A stretch of DNA of 64,000 nt, taken from Bispira polyomma. Lineage: Eukaryota. The translations under genes and the position numbers were made by a program. The notes below the pieces were generated by a model. That model made no database searches and was not told the origin of the DNA. It saw only the letters and a program-made list of their open reading frames with translations. The DNA is taken from assembly GCA_965649765.1 (NCBI GenBank), contig OZ287749.1, positions 7,502,001 to 7,566,000 on the forward strand, read 5' to 3'. Positions 1-13,900 of the stretch are shown in pieces. Position 1 is the first letter of the stretch. Each line of letters begins with the position of its first letter.

Positions 1-160
1 CAGTAGAACCTCTATTATCCAAACATGTTGTGAGAGCAAGGTTTAAAAACAATTGAAGAGGCAGTAAAAAGCAATATGAAACTTAAATTTGGTAGAGGAA
101 AATGAATTGATGAAAAAAAATATTTAGATCATAGAAGTTTGGATAATAGATGTTCTGCTA
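1..160. mobile_element. MITE family 1 (Tc1/mariner/pogo-type, TIR CAGTAGAACCTCTATTATCCAAAC)
   Basis: TIR at both ends; more than 10 related copies in the window. Confidence 0.7.
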
Positions 161-286
161 TATAAACTACCTATATCTCTCAAAGTATCGAGGTATAGGT
201 GATTAATATTGAATGTTTAAACAATATAAGTTTGGAACATTACAGTTCCCTTCTGTCTGTTCAGTGCCTATAACGTCGTACTCCTA

Positions 287-473
287 CACTAGAATCTCTA
301 TAATCCGAACATTTATTGTCTGAATATTCGAATATGTGAACACATTTCCACCCTCCCAAAATGATTTTTTTCTGCTGTTTTATACCAAAATGCCTCTTCT
401 ATTCAATGAGCCTTCTAATTATTCAAACAAAATCTTGCTGTCCCAACATGTTTGGATAATAGAGGTTCTATTG
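287..473. mobile_element. MITE family 1 copy
   Basis: Degenerate TIRs; opposite orientation to the copy at 1-160. Confidence 0.7.
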
Positions 474-2478
474 TGTTACTGTTGATGGCAAAACCATGTC
501 AAACATTAATGTAGTGGAAGTCCTACTGATTATAACTCTCTTGTGTTAATGGATTGATTACCCTTTACTCTATTTTTATATAGAACTTCATTATTTTTTT
601 TTCATTTTTTAACCATTGCTCTTCAGTAATATCGGTTAAGTGTCTGTCATTGAAGGTTGCTATTTTTGAACTAGACAAAGCTTTTCCCTCCTGCTATATT
701 TGGTAGACCCCATGTGACAGCACAAAGATGATAAATTGATTTTTTGTGCCACTCTAGTCTATTGTGTGGAATCTTAAAGCAAGCCCTGCAGTACTCAGTG
801 CTCAGTGATATAGCTTGATACAGTTAGCCCTAGTTAATGGTTAGAGAGAGATAGTGATAAGACTAAGTACATCAGCGATATTATTGGGTGGGTGATGTAC
901 TGCCATAGAGCATGCACAGACTATACTTGTAAAAATCACAGATCTGACACTGGGGTAATAGATTAGGGTACTGAATGTTAGTGACCAGTCTGAACGCCCC
1001 CGCATTAAAAGGAAATCTCAAGTCAGTACTGAGCCACAACAAGGGAGTCTTAAAGCATGCGAGAGTGTGTGTCAGTTGAGATAGAGGGGTGAATGACCTC
1101 CTATTTCAAATGTCTGAGGACAAGGGGGGTGGGGATGAAGGGTGAGAGGAGAGGGGGGGGACGTGGGGGGGGGAGCATAAGAATGTTTTGGTGAAAGATG
1201 TTACGCTTAAATTCATATTTAACTGACTTGTATGGGGTTAAAGTGAGATTGATTTTTCTCTAAAAAAAGGTATACACTAGACTGCCTGTACCTCAAATAA
1301 CCATTAGATGTTGAATTTCTTTATTCAACTAAATCAAATATTTGGTCCCAACATCCCTCAAAAATAGTTTTAAATTGAAATTAGTTGTAAGTTGAAGTTA
1401 GATTTATATCTGCCATAATATTACACATTTGATGTAGTCTACTATATTAAACAATGAAAAAATATCTTATTATTTTAATAATACCCAATTATTACCAATT
1501 AAACTGTTAAGCCTGAAATAGAAGAGGTTGATTTAAGGTCCAATTTAATGGTCTTTAAGATTGAACTTATTGAGATCAGCATTTTGGTCCAGGGGCCCTG
1601 GTGGTATTGGCCGTCAATCATTGTGTTTACTATTTACCCTTGCCCTCCTCTTTCAAGGACAACCGGCAGATGGCAGAAAGTACCCAGGGTCTTTTTGAGA
1701 CAAAAAGGGGGGCACAAATATACACACAAGAAAAAACAGACTGCTAGGACCTACATTGATTGGTGTTATAGTACACCAGGGCAATAAACTCAGTTATACC
1801 TGCTTTCTGGGCGTTACACCCCCATGTCATTAATAAGTTAAAGTGAGAGACAGAAAAAAAATAATTGTTAACTCGGCTGTTTGAAAAAGAATAGTGTCAT
1901 TTTGATGGAAATAATTGTTTATTAAATAGCTTTCAGGAAAATTAGGCCAATACACTAGATTCTAGTAGATTGATAATTCTCAGGTTGTGTTTTTTTTTTC
2001 TTGCCGGATGTAAAAATTGTAAATTAGTAATTGGATATGAATAAAATAGCAGTATGTAATGAGATGAACAGAGTGTTTTAACACAAGTGTTATTCAGTGT
2101 TGTTTTGCAGCATACAGTATGGCACAAAAAAAATGTCAATACGATCAATAGGTGGAATTAATATGGAGCCTTACATTATGAGGGAGTTATGTTTTTTTGG
2201 TTGGTTGACATTGAAAAAATAAGGTGGGACATGCAATATTAGCATTAAAGGATATACATATTTAATAATGTGTACTGTGGAAATGAACATCTAAAGTGCA
2301 GTGGTTTCTTATGAAGTAATTACTGCTTTAATTAATATGGAGTATTTCAACGATGTGGTTGTTGAAGTGATTGTGATAAAAACTACTAACGCGTAAAATA
2401 TGAACTTACTACATATTGGGTTGCAGTCTAATTATCTAATTAACTTATAATATTAGGGTACTAGTCTAACCAAAGACA

Positions 2479-2563
2479 ATGTACTCAAGATCCGAGTGGG
2501 GGTTAAAGCGGGGCAGTGAGGGAGGAGAGTACAGCTTTATGAAGAAAGTACAAGGAAAGAGGG
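2479..2563 (+). CDS. SYNE1: Candidate alternative first coding exon A (MYSRSEWGLKRGSEGGEYSFMKKVQGKR-D)
   Basis: ATG 2479, 28 codons + G, donor GTGAGT at 2564; phase 1 matches the exon at 16373, giving ...GKRDEQERVQKKTF. Confidence 0.6.
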
Positions 2564-3982
2564 GTGAGTATTGTAACTAGCTAACAGGGACAATGAAGGT
2601 GTGGGGGTAAATAGTAAGTACTGCCAAGTAGTAGTGATATAGAGGCTAGGGTACTTAATGCTAACAGGGACAATTAGTAGATGGTGGGTACTGCCAGATA
2701 TAGGGGACAAGCTATATACTGGTAAGTAAGTCACAGGGACATTGGGATGGAGTGGGTACTACCAACTGACAGTAACAGTTAATTTAGAGGATAGGGACAA
2801 GTACTGTCAAGTACAGGTACTGCTAGAATTAGTGGTATGGTGATTGGATCAACTCTTGATTTAGTGATCACACACAGATCCTCATAAACATCTATCTGTG
2901 GGTTCGTTTTGACATCTGATTATGTAAACTAACCTACAAGTCACATCTTTACCGATTTAACTATATTGCATCTCAGTTGAGAAATGCAAGAATATGCCCC
3001 ATATTAATGTGCCCCACATTTATTCCAAAAATAACTATCTCTTTAGCAACTATTCGGGGCTTTGTTCTTCATGTTAACCATATTATGTGTAAATTTTGCA
3101 TTTACTAACTTCGACATACATGATTACATTCATAGAATTACCTCCACAGAGGAGGTTATGTTTTTACCCATGTTCGTGGGTTTGGTAAAAGTTTGTCACC
3201 AGGATTACACCAAAAAACAACAACAAAGAACCACAACCAATTCACATGTTATAAGGTGAAGGGGCTGAATGGCCAAAGTAAGAATCCATTAAATTTACTG
3301 ATTTTGTGCCCCGAGGTGCCTTGGTAGAGGTTTGTGTTGTACTGAGTACCCTTACATTTTTTTCCTGTGTCATGTCTCTCAACTGACATTATCTTTTACA
3401 TCTAGCTCAGAGTTTAACTTATTTGTTATTGTATAATTTAGGAGTACATAATAATGAGAAACAGCTTTTCTGAGAAACAACATTATCCGATCTTGTTTGT
3501 GTATTGCTCTTCATATTTATGAACAAAATTTATTTTATTTTTTAAAGAAAATGTTGCTCCCACAAGGTTATAAGGCATTTGAACTTTTATTGCACAATTG
3601 TACAGCCATAAGACCGAAAAGGGGGGTCCTAATCGGACAGACATGGGATTACGAGATAGCTGATGGCTCGGGTGTAGGGACAAGTTTTCTTAGAAGAAGA
3701 AAGATATGGGAGCAGACAACTTTATCCTGGGGTTAATTCCTTCCATAGTTTTGGGGATACATCATAATGTGGTGGATCTGTCTAAATCTGCTGACAAATT
3801 CAAGCATTAAGCAAGGCTGTTTTAGACCTCTGCCAAGAAGGTGAATGTTTTCTCCCATTGGTTGATTTCTTTGTCTCTTGATGATTGTACAAAAAACTAT
3901 TGAAGCAATTTACATTAAATCTGGTATGGGGGCTATAGAACTAGAAGAATACATTGAAGTTTGGAGTGGATCTGGGTAAATT

Positions 3983-4210
3983 CGCTCTGCCACCTCTCTG
4001 GCCTGTTTCAGACAAAAGCTCAAAAACCTATTTGTTCGGCAAGGTCTTTCCACTTTAGTTGGTTCAGCGTCCCGGCGTCTCTATGGTGTTGACCTGTGCC
4101 TGTCTAAGGGATACATGGGCTATGATCATCGTCTAAATTTTCTTTTCCTTAAAATCGGTTCATCTTCTGAGAATAAGTGCTGTAAAAGTTTGATTAGGAT
4201 TATGATTTGA
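3983..4210 (+). mobile_element. 3' end fragment of an L2/CR1-type LINE
   Basis: Translates SATSLACFRQKLKTYLFGKVFPL*, the FKxxLKTxLF C-terminal motif; short UTR ending in a GATTAG/GATTAT tail. Confidence 0.5.
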
Positions 4211-5999
4211 CAGTCGGGCCCATGGAACACTAAACTTTATTTTTTATACTTTGATACAAGAATTGCACAAAAAATATGTTTTTCATGAAATTTGTTCGAG
4301 GGCTGAGACTTGGGTCAAGAAACCAATAAATTTTGCAGCACATTCAGGTAGGCTTACTTCTTGGCACTGTGTTAGTAGAGGTATATGCTCTACGGAGTGC
4401 TCTCAACTGATTGTTAAGAAAACTCACAGAGTCCCCAGTATCATGTTATTATTGGTGTGGAGATCTTGTTATTAAGAACTCCCCCCTTTTGTTATTGTTC
4501 TATAGTAATAACAGTGTCTTTATCAGTCCACACCTGAGTTAGTAAGTAGATGATAAAGGAGCTGCCATTGATATCTACAGACACTGATTATTACTGGGAT
4601 ATATACTGTACAACCAGAAAGCTTCGCTGCTATAAGATTTTCACTAATAGCCCCCCAATAAAATAATTTTCAGTTTTTGGTCACTATGTTTTGTCTAAGA
4701 AATGAATAAAAATTGATAGTTTTCATTTAGAATAATTATGGTCAATATTCATCATCATCATTAGTGAAAATAGCTAAATACAGTTTCCAGGAAAACTTTA
4801 CATTCTTACAGTCAGTATATGTATAGAGAACCTATTACATACATTCTCAAAATAAATTCCACCTCAGGTAAAGTCTGAATTCAGGCTCAAACAATAATTT
4901 ACAATGTGCTCATACCTATGTCATTCATAAAGAATATATATATATATATAATTAAAGTCTCACTCCATATTTGAAGTCGGCACTGAAATTTAAATATACT
5001 ATTCATATTTCTAGGTCATCCCCATGTGTAAGGCTTTAGCCGCAGCCTTCAATTGAGACTCAAATGTTGACAATGAATTCAAGTTTTAGTGTAGCTTAAA
5101 AAGACAGTGAGAACTGGTTTAATAATACACTTATTTTCATTTCCCGACATAATTTGAGAGCTTCCAATTTTTGCTTATTGCATCTATTTCTCTGTACTAC
5201 TTTATATAATATTATAATGTGCCAGTTGTACCTAAACTATAAAATAGTTTTGTTAATCAATGGCTATATATATATATTTTTTGGGACAGAATAATAAACT
5301 TAACAACCTATTTGTTGGATGGTTTGGATAAATTTAGTAAAACCATTTATAACTAGATTGGGAAATTTGCGATTATACTGTGAAGTCAGGTGTTAGGAGG
5401 AGAGTTTGACCAGGGTTCTGTTTTCAATAGAGACCTCCCCAATCTACACTTACTGTAAGAAGATAAACTGTGAAGGTAGCCCATTGAAAACAGTGAGTAC
5501 TGGATACACATGCTGATTGACTTCAGTTGTTGGAGTCCGGTAAATGCTTTTTTGTGTTTTAAAGGAATGATCACGATTAAAATTTACCATAGACTATTTG
5601 TTAAATTGTTTAGTGACAGCAATAAGATTTATTTTTGGGGAAATTTCTTTCATATTATATGTTCTAATAGTGCTGTCGAATTTGGGGAGGTTTAAGTGAC
5701 TTTGTAAGGCTGACTAAATGTACAAGTGGCTACTAGGATGTGTTAATTGCTATTAAAAATAAAGATTGTTCATTGGATTACGGATGTTTTCAATCTGGAT
5801 AATTCTGTACACTGCATTGAAAAAATTTTGAATTTGATAACCAAGTTTGGGATAAAATCAATTGTTTAACACAGCTGATGTTGTAAAAAATGTATTTGCT
5901 GAATAAATAAATAGAATTACGAGTTAGTTTAAGTACATGAATAATATAGTTTAGAATTTAATGGGAGAGTTTTAATTTGTCACAAGACAATAAATCATC

Positions 6000-7284
6000 A
6001 TGTGGTCGTGTCAGTTACATATTCTAAAAGACACCCTGGATTCTAACGACCAAACACTTGAATGCCGTAACATGTGTCAGCAGAAGTTAGTGGATGGTTA
6101 CCAAGGAGATTTGTACTGCAGTTGTCATAGGACACATTGTAAGTCAAAAGGACAGGTAGAAGTGAATCCACTCAGAAAATATGAAAGGAGTTGTGATGTG
6201 GGGTATAGTGCGTCTTGTATTCCATCAGAACATTCTGGAAATGCTGATAATGGCAAAGAAAATGGTGCATATTCGGCTACAACTTCTGAAGTCATAATTA
6301 GTCATTTTAAGATGCAGGAAAGCACCCATATAGTGTCTGCAGGGCATTATTGTCATCATACTGTCCGATGTTCTGCAGGTGAGATGGTTGATACTCCTGA
6401 CGGACTGGTAAGACATGGGGGTAACTCTGGTATAGACAGAGACGAGGCAGGAGATCATCCTCATGATACCGTACTATTTACTAAAGATGACATGGTTGGT
6501 ACTTCAGGAAGACTGATAAGACGGAGAGGTAATTCCGGTATAGACAATCCAATTAAGGCGGGAGACTGTTGTAGAGTATGTGGGAATCAAGGTAGTAATG
6601 GATGTAATGAAAGTGGGATGATTGATACTTCTGACGAACTGGTGAAACAGAGAGGCAATGTTGGTATAGACAGTGACAGCATGAATAACTCGGGAGACAT
6701 TTATAGAGTATGTCAGAATCGAAGTGGTAACGGGTGTAATGACAGGCCAAATAGATCATGCAGCTCTTGTGTGTCCAGGATGGAAGAAGCCAAAACAAAG
6801 TACGTGTATCACGAACCTGTCTGGTCACATGTCAAAGGTCAGGTGACTTCAGCTACTAAAGTAGCTGGACATCGGAGGTTAATGGTGAACAATGTGGTAC
6901 AGGTGCCGAGTAGAGTTGGTATGAAGCTGCAGGATCCTAGTCACTCAAAGTCAATGAAAAGTCAAGTTGAGAGTTGTAGATTTAGGGACACAAGAGGCAG
7001 TTATAGTGGGGATACTACAGGTGGCTTTAGTAGTCCTGGGGGGAGGTGTATGTCAAAGAAAGGCCAAGTTGAAAGTCATAAGTGTCACATATTTAGGGAC
7101 ACTGGAGACAGTTATAATGGGGATACTCTAACTACCTCAGGTGACTTTAGTAGATTTGGGGGGAGGTGTATGTCACTGAATCTTGTTCAGCAGTTTAGAC
7201 ATTCCAGTACAGAGACAATACAGAGTCTCAGCTCAACAGATCACATTCCAGATCCACTCAGTGAGAAGATAAGACTGCTGCAGT
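6000..7284 (+). CDS. SYNE1: Candidate alternative first coding exon B, 428-aa Cys/His/Gly-rich N-terminus ending SEKIRLLQ-Y
   Basis: Long ORF from ATG 6000; CAG T|GTGAGT donor at 7285, phase 1; the join gives RLLQYEQERVQKK, resembling nesprin RLQDEQE. Confidence 0.7.
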
Positions 7285-8085
7285 GTGAGTACTATATGCT
7301 ATATGTCTTCAGAGCTTTTAAACCAAAGATACCAGTGATAGTGGCCCGAAAATATAGAATCCCTGGGCCTCAAAAACCACAGAAAAAAACAAACTTTTTG
7401 GGGACTCCTATGTTGACATTCTTGATTTAGACCATCGGTTATTATCCTTTACCTTATTGTCACTTCCAAACACCCCCACCCCCCCTCCCCCCCAAAAAAA
7501 AGCAAAAAAAAGTGTAGTATAGAATACTCTCTAAACTTCGCAATTCTTAATCGTGATCCTTATGTACATATATTTTTAGAGCTTCTAAAACATGGACATT
7601 ATCACAAAATGTTTATTATGTCATAACTCATAAGCATTAGTGATAAATTGATAATAGTATACAAAGTAAGTGTTTAGGAAAGACTGAAAGTGGGTTATAA
7701 AACTGGTTTTAATAAGTATAAGAACTTATTCATGTGAGAATGAAACTGTTAGCATCCATTTGTAAAAAGTACAAGTGTATTAAGTTGTCTTATGCATGGT
7801 TAATGTAAGATGTTGAGTGTCAACAGAGTGCAAAAACTTACACCATTAGAGAACACAGCGACAAAAAGTGAAAAAAAATCCTATATCTACCCTAATAGAT
7901 TCCATATAAATCTCTCCCTTATGAATGAATTATGGTAGTAGCCAAAATAATGGGCGTGTGTGTTGGCCACTTGCTGTCAGTGGCAGGTTATGAACAAATT
8001 TGAACATCACATAAATATGTAAAAAGTGATGTTAGCTATTAGTGATCGGAAGTTATTCACATGGACACTTATATACGTTTAAATA

Positions 8086-8277
8086 CATCAGAACCTCAAT
8101 TATGCAAACTTCTATTACCGGTACCTAAATATTTTATTTTATGAACACAGTTTCACTCTCTTAAATTGTCTTTTTATTATTGATGTGTACTAAAGTGCCT
8201 CTTCTATTTTGCGAACATTCTATTTCCTGAACAAAATCTGTCTCTCCCAACATGTTTGGATAATGGAGGTTCTGCTG
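8086..8277. mobile_element. MITE family 1 copy
   Basis: TIRs, TA on both sides. Confidence 0.7.
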
Positions 8278-8633
8278 TACTGGTAAGAATACTTTCCCCA
8301 TTGGAGCAATTAAACAAATTACACAACAATAACAAAAAAAAGTTTTTTCCCCTTTTTAACATACAACTTTCATTGAATACTACAAAAAAAAAACCGAAGA
8401 AAAAAAAAAGAAGCTGAAATAGACAAAAAAAATGTGTTTGTTTGTAAACAAGTAAACAATATGTTATTTAACCTGTTGTACTGTAGTAACTTCTTTTTTG
8501 GCAAGTGTGTGAGTTTGTATCTGTGAGTGAGTTACTGTGTATATATCTGGCAGTGAGTTACTGTATGTATATCTGGGAGTTACTCCAGCTGACTTAGAGT
8601 GAGTATATCTGAGTGGCTGTCGGTCAATGAAGC

Positions 8634-8645
8634 GTATATATAAAG
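8634..8645 (+). promoter_or_regulatory. TATA-like element upstream of candidate first exon C
   Basis: GTATATATAAAG about 180 nt upstream of ATG 8819. Confidence 0.3.
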
Positions 8646-8818
8646 CCTGGGAGAGAGGAAGAAATAACCAAGTCTGACAGAAACAGGCCTTTGGCTGCAG
8701 GCTACAGAAAATTTGGCAGAAACATATACTAAATCTCTGGGTGTGTTTTTCGTTTCGTGGAAAGCAGGGATAGTTTCGTTATAAAGTGGGGCGAGTATTG
8801 TGGTTAGGGACTCGCGCC

Positions 8819-8885
8819 ATGATGACCTTGGTCAAGGTCACATTCGACCAGGATAGAGACTGGGGCTCTGGGAGGTGGGATTCAG
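8819..8885 (+). CDS. SYNE1: Candidate alternative first coding exon C (MMTLVKVTFDQDRDWGSGRWDS-D)
   Basis: GCCATG context, 22 codons + G, CAG|GTAGAT donor at 8886, phase 1. Confidence 0.55.
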
Positions 8886-9453
8886 GTAGATATTACCTGT
8901 GTGTCCATTGTGGTTCACTATTGTCCAGTAGCTGTCCACTAGATGTCCAATCTATGGACGTCTGAGTGTGTTATGATGTGATTAATGTTTGTACTTCTGT
9001 GTGTGTATGTCACATATTTTTCTTTACGTGTGACTGTGACAATGTCCTTGGTTGTATTTCAAAGCCTTGTCTGTTTCTCTGTAGCAATAATAAATTAGTC
9101 TTTATGATATAATATGGTTTTTAGTAAAGCCCAATATTATTGTTGTATAAGCAGTAGAATAACGTGAACTAAAGAAGAACATTAAATGCTTACTGTAAAA
9201 TTGATATATTGGGGGTAAGTTAGTTAAAGTAACAGTGTGGTTTTTTATGTGCATATGAAAGCACTTGATATATTAAAACTATCAAATTTAGTTCTTGTAC
9301 CAGATCTATCAGTAAATATAAAAAACAACTATAATATTAATGATGATTTACATTATAATTAATATCAGACCTATATTACATATAAGCAGCTCTTGATTAT
9401 CTCAATTAAAGTCATTGCGATATCATTATTCCCCATCTATAAACTGTCAAGTA

Positions 9454-9667
9454 CAGTAGAACTTCTATTAACCAAACTTCTATAATCCAAATATTTTTTT
9501 TTATAGACACATTTTAATTCTCTCAAAAATGCATTTTCCTATTGTTTTATATATAAATATTATGAAATATGCAACTTCTATTATATAAACCTTCTATTAT
9601 ATAAACCTTCTATTATCAGAACAAAATCTGGCTATTCCAAAATGTTTGAATAATAAAGGTTTAACTG
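9454..9667. mobile_element. MITE family 1 copy
   Basis: TA|CAGTAGAAC...AACTG|TA. Confidence 0.7.
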
Positions 9668-12600
9668 TATGTGAAACTGATCGTCTCTTTTCAAGATCAT
9701 TGAAGTTCAATGTTTACTGTTTTACCTTTGATTCAGTGCAGTTTTAGTGGCTAATTTCTTGTAACCACCTCCCCCTTCCTTGCCTCCTTGGAGAGTGTAG
9801 ATTCTAGGGTGACACCGTTGCCTGGAGGGTGTGGATTTTCTCGGGTAAAGGGTTTTACACCACGGCTGGTATTCTCAAAATACACTCATGCTTAAACTCA
9901 GATAAAGGGTTCTAAGTTGGGAATCCTTCTAAATGGAAATAACCTATACCTGTGACCATTCATTTTAATAGAGCTTTCAACACTGAATTCAAATATGAAG
10001 TCAGATTTTGGATATATTTCCTGTATCCAGAGTTCTATAGAGAATCCAGATTTTAGTTGAGTTTGATTTTGAGCTGAGTATACATTCGACAATACAAGTC
10101 CAGTACCTTTAGTTCAGTGCAGTTTTAAGGACATATCTTCTGCTTTAACCACCTGTGCTTTGAAAGAGCTCCAGAGATAGGTCTAATTGACTGCCGCTGT
10201 AGGATTGCTATTGTTACAGTAGTACAGGTTCAGAGGTCAGGTTATATGGAAGCTCCATCTATAACCTTCCCAAAGTCCTTGGCTGCTGCATCCAATTTCC
10301 CACTTGATTTGAAAATGTTGATACAGTTTCTATGATTGTTGGAGCAGGTAATTAAGTCTTATCAAGTGAGTGAAGGATTGTTTTGGTATCACTGGATAAC
10401 TTATTAAAGTGTATAAAAGGTGTAATGAAAGGGGGGAGGCATATTGTTTTTTGTGCTTTGCCGTTCACCATCCGGCTTGTGTTTTCTGGTTATTTAAAGG
10501 ACCAGTATTGCAGATATATTCACCAAATTTAATACATGTGTTTATCATAGGTACAGGTTGTTTGGGATTCACTTTGGAAAAACAAAATGGCATTAAGTTA
10601 AGACCTTTTTTGAATAGGACCCCAATAGAATACTAGTAGAAGAGTTATAAAAAGTGTCACTATTTGAATCCCCACCAAAAAAACTAGCTTTGTAAAGTTG
10701 TACGAGATGCTAGTTCAGTGCTTACTGAAGAAATAGGTCCTAAGAATTTTAGTTACATAAACGATCACTGACTTAAAGTTACATTTAATGTAAATTCTTA
10801 TAATCTTATTAAAATCGTATTCAGAAGTCTGTTATTAAGTGAACGACAACTTCTGAATAGATATTTGATTGACAACAAAATTATCTTGTTTTACTTTCTA
10901 AAATATAAGACTTCAAAATAAACACGTGTATTGTATTTTTTAGTTTTGTTAATTTTAAAATGAAAAAAGAAAAGAAAAGTACCCTAAACAACGTACAACA
11001 CCTTCACCACTTATAAAAGTCAAGTTGATGTTGAGTTAAATAGAGAGTATTAAAAATGGCTGTGTCTTCAACTATATGTAATAAGTTACAAAACCATTAA
11101 TATTACCTTGTTCTAACAAATGAATGTGAATATAATTATGTTTTGATGATAAAAATGTACTTTGTTGAACCTTTTTGTCAGCCAACAGCGTTTATTAGTC
11201 TCGAATTCTGTTTGTCGGCAAGCAGTTGACACCCCAAAAATATTATTTTAGTTTCCTTCAGTTCTCCGAAATAGGACATATTAATACACCAAAAATCCTT
11301 CATTTAAAAATGATATGTGAGGCTGTAAATTGAATGCTGCAAGTAATCTGTGGTGTGTGTTGTAGTGACTACAGCAAATCAGAAATCAAAGATATTATAT
11401 TTCAACAGTGGTTATGCCAATGTAAAAATCTGTCAAAAATTTCGTCAACTCAGTTTATTTACTTTAAGGCACATACACCAATAGTTTAAATAGATTTTTT
11501 TGTTGAGTATCTTAAAAATGTTGTTTACGAGCGTGTCTTTCACGCGACACCCTTTAGAAGCCATAGCATATTTACTCCTCTCTATTTGTAAATAATAAAT
11601 ATGGAACTTGCCTCAGAGCCATTTCTCGGTATTCAAATTTTGGTGAATTGGGTTATATCGTTTATATTTATACCTATTATACCAGTGGCTCTTGGATCTC
11701 TCTAAAGTCCACAGTAAACCAGTTGTCTTGTGCTCTCTTTTATCAATCCACTGCATTGTTTTCTTTTGTCTCTCTTGCTAATCTGATTTATAAAAATGGT
11801 ATAAACCCCCCTCATGACTGAGCGTACCATTGTTTTTTGGATCATCATAACCTTCTCCACAGATTTTAGCTGAAAGGACACAACGCTTTTAGCATCTATC
11901 TCCTTTTGTAGTACATTTTTTCTCGCGCTTTTAAAACGCTGGATGTTTGTAATTTAGAGCTCCCCTGTTACTCTTTGTGTAGTTAAGATTACATGCTTGG
12001 TTTAATTCATTTACTGGAGGAGGGTGTATTAGCCTTCCCAAATTCCACCAGATCTTATTGTGTCCAGCTCTCTCTATATAATGGTATACCATATATAATA
12101 TCTGTGTGTAATAAAGAAATCACTCTCTATGACCACTGAGAACACTTACTAAATCCAGTATAAATCAGGATTATCCAAGGTTTTTCTTTTTTTCCTGTAT
12201 CCAGTATACCATCTGTGTGGTATTTATTAACTTTTCCTTTTTTGATTGTTTCGTCAAACAAGGGACCCCGACTCTACTTAATGGCTGGTTATTATATAGT
12301 AGCTCTTGTTCATTGTGTCAATCTTATGTGGTGACAGGGTTTTATTTATGATTACCCATGTATAGTTTATGGAAACCCATAGTTTATAGCTATATATGTA
12401 TGTACATTGATCAAATACTGACAAATAAAGTAATGAAGTCCCCCCCTCCATGAAATAAAACGTGTTTATGCAAGAGGGGAGGGAATTGCAGTCTATTACT
12501 AGTGAATTAGCTGATAAAGTGTACAAAACAAGTATTGAATGATTGAGAGTTGAGGCATTATACAATTACATGTATAGGTGATAGAAAACCTGAGATAGAG

Positions 12601-12914
12601 ATACTGTATCTATTTCACATTGAGAAGTGTGGGTATATTATTGAGGGGGATGATTACATTTCTACTGCTGTGTAGTTTTATCACATTCTTGGGTAAAAAC
12701 CACAAGTAATTGCGTTACCTGTAAAAGGACTGAGGTCAGCTTTCATAGTGAACTAATTGACCAGTGGCAGTGGTTAATATAGTGGGGATAATAATGACGT
12801 AGGTGCATGACTGTGAATATTGACATCAGTGTGTGTTTGTGACATCAAAGTGAGTGTACTGTAAGTAGTGACACAGGTAGCAGCACTAAGTATTACCAGT
12901 CACACAGCTGCAAG

Positions 12915-12930
12915 ATGTGGGGCTATAAAG
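12915..12930 (+). CDS. Weak candidate very short first coding exon (MWGYK-D)
   Basis: AAGATG, 5 codons + G, AAG|GTATTG donor, phase 1; short enough to be chance. Confidence 0.25.
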
Positions 12931-13594
12931 GTATTGTGGGGATGTAAGGAAGAGACACTGATTGGATATTGTTTTATATAGAAAATAAGCCACTGCATTG
13001 AGAATATACACTGAAAAATATAAGACAAAGTGTAGTTATTAAATTAGTGAGGTTCATTGAGCAAGGATTTTGCAAAAAAGATATAAAAATATATGTAAAA
13101 AAAATCTTGAAGATATAGTGATTGTTGTAAATAATATGGATATGAACAATTATAGGTTATAAGTAAAACAAATCTGTGTTTTATAGTAAATGAGTATTTG
13201 TGCAGAATAAGGTAAATTCTGAAAAATTTCTGAGTTAAGTTTTATAAGATATCTGTATGGGTACTAATGGCAGAGCCATAAGTGATATCTAATTATATAG
13301 TAAGATATCTTAGCAGTCAGTTGTAACTTCTAATTGCTCACGTTTTAACCACAGGACACTTTCAACATCTAGAGTTGTACACATCTGTATGTTAAAAGTA
13401 TCGATTATAACCTTTACACACTGGGATACTTGACGACCTTTCAGTATTAATTAAAGACTGCCTTGTGGAATCTTAAAAGATTGAAACGTTTTTGTGACTT
13501 TGTGGAATATTAAGTCTGTGTAAAATTATTGTTGGATATTTGATAGTAGGGCATTTGGACACAATCCAGAGTATTATAGTACTATATAGAGAGA

Positions 13595-13745
13595 ATGAGT
13601 GAGGCTCTGATATCAGTGAGTACTGAGGACATTCAGCGGGAGGTCCAGTCACACAGGACACGGGCTCACTGGTACAAGGAGGACGGCCACAGTAAGGGCA
13701 GAACAACACTAGTACCTTGTGAGGTACAGACGTTGCTCAACAGAG
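13595..13745 (+). CDS. SYNE1: Candidate alternative first coding exon D (MSEALISVSTEDIQREVQSHRTRAHWYKEDGHSKGRTTLVPCEVQTLLNR-D)
   Basis: ATG 13595, 50 open codons + G in a GC-richer island, GAG|GTACAT donor at 13746, phase 1. Confidence 0.55.
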
Positions 13746-13900
13746 GTACATATTAAATAGTGTAGAATAAAAGGGGACAGTGCTACCTAGTGTGGTACTT
13801 ACCATGCTCAATAGAGGTACATAATAAATAGTGTAGAATAAAAGGAGATAATGCTACCTAGTGTGGTACTTACCCTGTTTAAGAAAGCTACATAAATAGT
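13734..13900 (+). repeat. ~71-bp tandem duplication spanning the donor of candidate exon D
   Basis: GCTCAA.AGAG|GTACATA at 13746 and 13817, degenerate third copy. Confidence 0.85.

Noticed and set aside
7285-7430. C-terminal 48 aa of the 476-aa ORF
   Set aside because: Lies after the GTGAGT donor; more likely intron read-through
10332-10347. ATG ATT GTT GGA GCA G|GTAATT as another phase-1 first exon
   Set aside because: Only 5 codons with weak ATG context and no other support; expected by chance
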